A stretch of DNA of 63,612 nt, counting the filler, from Olpidium bornovanus S191 (Eukaryota; Fungi; Olpidiomycota), in NCBI GenBank assembly GCA_017911155.1. It is 26 parts of 26 records of this genome, joined end to end, with 100 filler letters (N's around TTAATTAATTAA, not from the genome) between each part and the next. Parts side by side here need not be neighbours in the genome. Positions count along the whole stretch, not along the records: positions 62,136 to 63,612 come from JAEFCI010012060.1; 25 more parts are not named here. One strand, written 5' to 3'. Within the stretch, counting starts at the first letter, position 1. Each line of letters starts with the position of its first letter. Positions 62,036 to 63,612 of the stretch are shown here, one piece after another. The position numbers and the translations under genes are program-made. The notes beneath the pieces are model-generated. The model made no database searches. It saw only the letters and a program-made list of their open reading frames with translations, and was not told the origin of the DNA.

Positions 62036-63612
62036 NNNNNNNNNNNNNNNNNNNNNNNNNNNNNNNNNNNNNNNNNNNNTTAATTAATTAANNNNNNNNN
62101 NNNNNNNNNNNNNNNNNNNNNNNNNNNNNNNNNNNCATGGTTCTCGAAATGTGGCGGTCGTGGCGTCTAGAGGGGTTTACCTAAAAAAAAAAAAAAAAGC
62201 AAAAGCACCTTCGCGTTTGGCCCGGCGGGGGCCGCTTTCCCCAATCAAGCTATGACGAGTATCCCTTCAACAAGCAAAACGAAACGTAGCGCATCCCGGA
62301 AAGAACAAAACAAAATATGCTGGCGGAAGCGACGGTGGTGGGAGCCCGGCGACGAATTTCGTGGGAGAAATGCCGGTGATAATCAACCCCTGCGGCCGGC
62401 GGGAAATGCGACTCGAAAAAAAAAGCACGACGGAAAAGTAAAACGAGGTTTCGTAAGGACAAACTTTGTCGCCGATCACCCGCGCATCCCCTTCGTATCG
62501 CGGAAAAAAAATTTCCGGGCCTCAGTTTTTGTTTCATAATGATCTCATCCTTGCCCGCGCAAAAGCGCGGGTCACCCGGCCTGTCCGTCGTCAACACCGG
62601 CACGCGGGCACAATGTCTTCCGGGTCCGATGGGGAATGAGGACTGTCGTCCCGCGTCGCCTCTGCTTCCTTCAACCGTCAAAGACAGGAGGAGGAGCTAT
62701 CCGCGGAAACAAAAAAAGAAATGTCGTGCCGGCCTTTGGTCGCTAGCCAACAAGTCTCCGGTCCAAGCAACCCAAGGAGAGGAAAGAGACGCTGGTTTCT
62801 TTCCCCCGACGGCCACCGTTGATATTTTTTGATCTCCGTCCGGCCTTACGGCCCGTTTCAAACCAATGATAGGTTTGCGGCCAAGCTAATTCGAACGGTG
62901 GAGAAAGCTTCCTCCGTTTGCCCGCTTTCCGACGGCGTCCCGAGGAAAACAGAGGAAACGGAGACGCACGGAACCAACCCCCCCCCTCTTCCGCCGGAAG
63001 ACACTGCACGCGTGTCCGTTTCGGATACGAAAACAGCCGGCAGGGTCGAACCTTTTACAATGTCTCATCACCGGCAAACGCTGACTAAAGTCCGTTGTAC
63101 CTTCCTCACCTTATTGTTTTGCGTTTTCGGCGTCCGAGAAAGTTCTTGCCTTCCGTATCCCGCTCTAATCCCCCACCCCTACCGCCCCCACCCCCCCGCC
63201 TCCACGGGGAAGTGAAGTCAACGGTCAGGGGGCGCTGAAGGGAAGAAGCGGAACGAGCTGTTTTTCCAGTCGGGACTGTGGGGAGAACATGCTCGTAACG
63301 ACGCTCGCGACGAGGAAGAAGGCTCGCCGTGCGTTTTTTTTTTTTCTTGGTTTCCCTTTTCGTGTATAGCCGTTTTGCAGGGTTTGTGTTGTCAACGCCG
63401 CGGGCATGCACTTACATGGTCACGTGGTCAAATCTGCGCCACACCCTCCCTGTCTTGGGGGCCTGGAAGCAAACGTAAAAACAAAGTAGAGTCATGCCTC
63501 GGACGACTATCCCTCGGCTCACGCCCTGGTTACAAGTTTAACAAGCTTGCCCCGTTCCGCGCGGTTATTTCCTAGCGAAATTACGAGCCCGACGTCGGAA
63601 GCGGCGGCCCTC

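Noticed and set aside
63363-63535. Possible LTR (TGTA...GGTTACA, containing CACGTG)
   Set aside because: Only weak terminal similarity, with no PBS, PPT, TSD or second copy.

Overview
This window is not contiguous DNA. It is 26 short contigs (about 1.2-4.5 kb) joined by 25 artificial 100-nt spacers (N44-TTAATTAATTAA-N44), so adjacency across gaps means nothing. The DNA is from a GC-rich, intron-rich eukaryote with long homopolymer runs. PEX13, ALG2, RPL3, UBC13, KDM5 and GIS2/CNBP look fungal. Katanin p60 and an SSX2IP/ADIP-type protein point to an early-diverging zoosporic fungus; an Olpidium-like organism is my inference and is not verified. Mostly partial genes: uL24m, ADIP/SSX2IP, a Sel1-repeat protein, RPL3, an ARM-repeat protein, GIS2/CNBP, KDM5, PEX13, UBC13, katanin p60, an A1 aspartic protease, ALG2, a GT32-like glycosyltransferase, and a multi-intron gene of a bacterial-type pectate-lyase-fold family. 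There are also many LTR retrotransposon remnants, with two nested insertions and several different primer-binding-site types. Best leads: (1) the spliced bacterial-type beta-helix enzyme; (2) a duplicated PKI-like RRNAV motif in the ARM protein; (3) sense-strand poly(A) tracts just upstream of start codons; (4) an internally deleted Bianca-like copia element; (5) a hairpin with a compensatory base-pair change in a repeat family; (6) 18 of 50 contig ends at CATG. I found no CRISPR array, rRNA or tRNA gene. All family calls come from motif recognition, not database searches.
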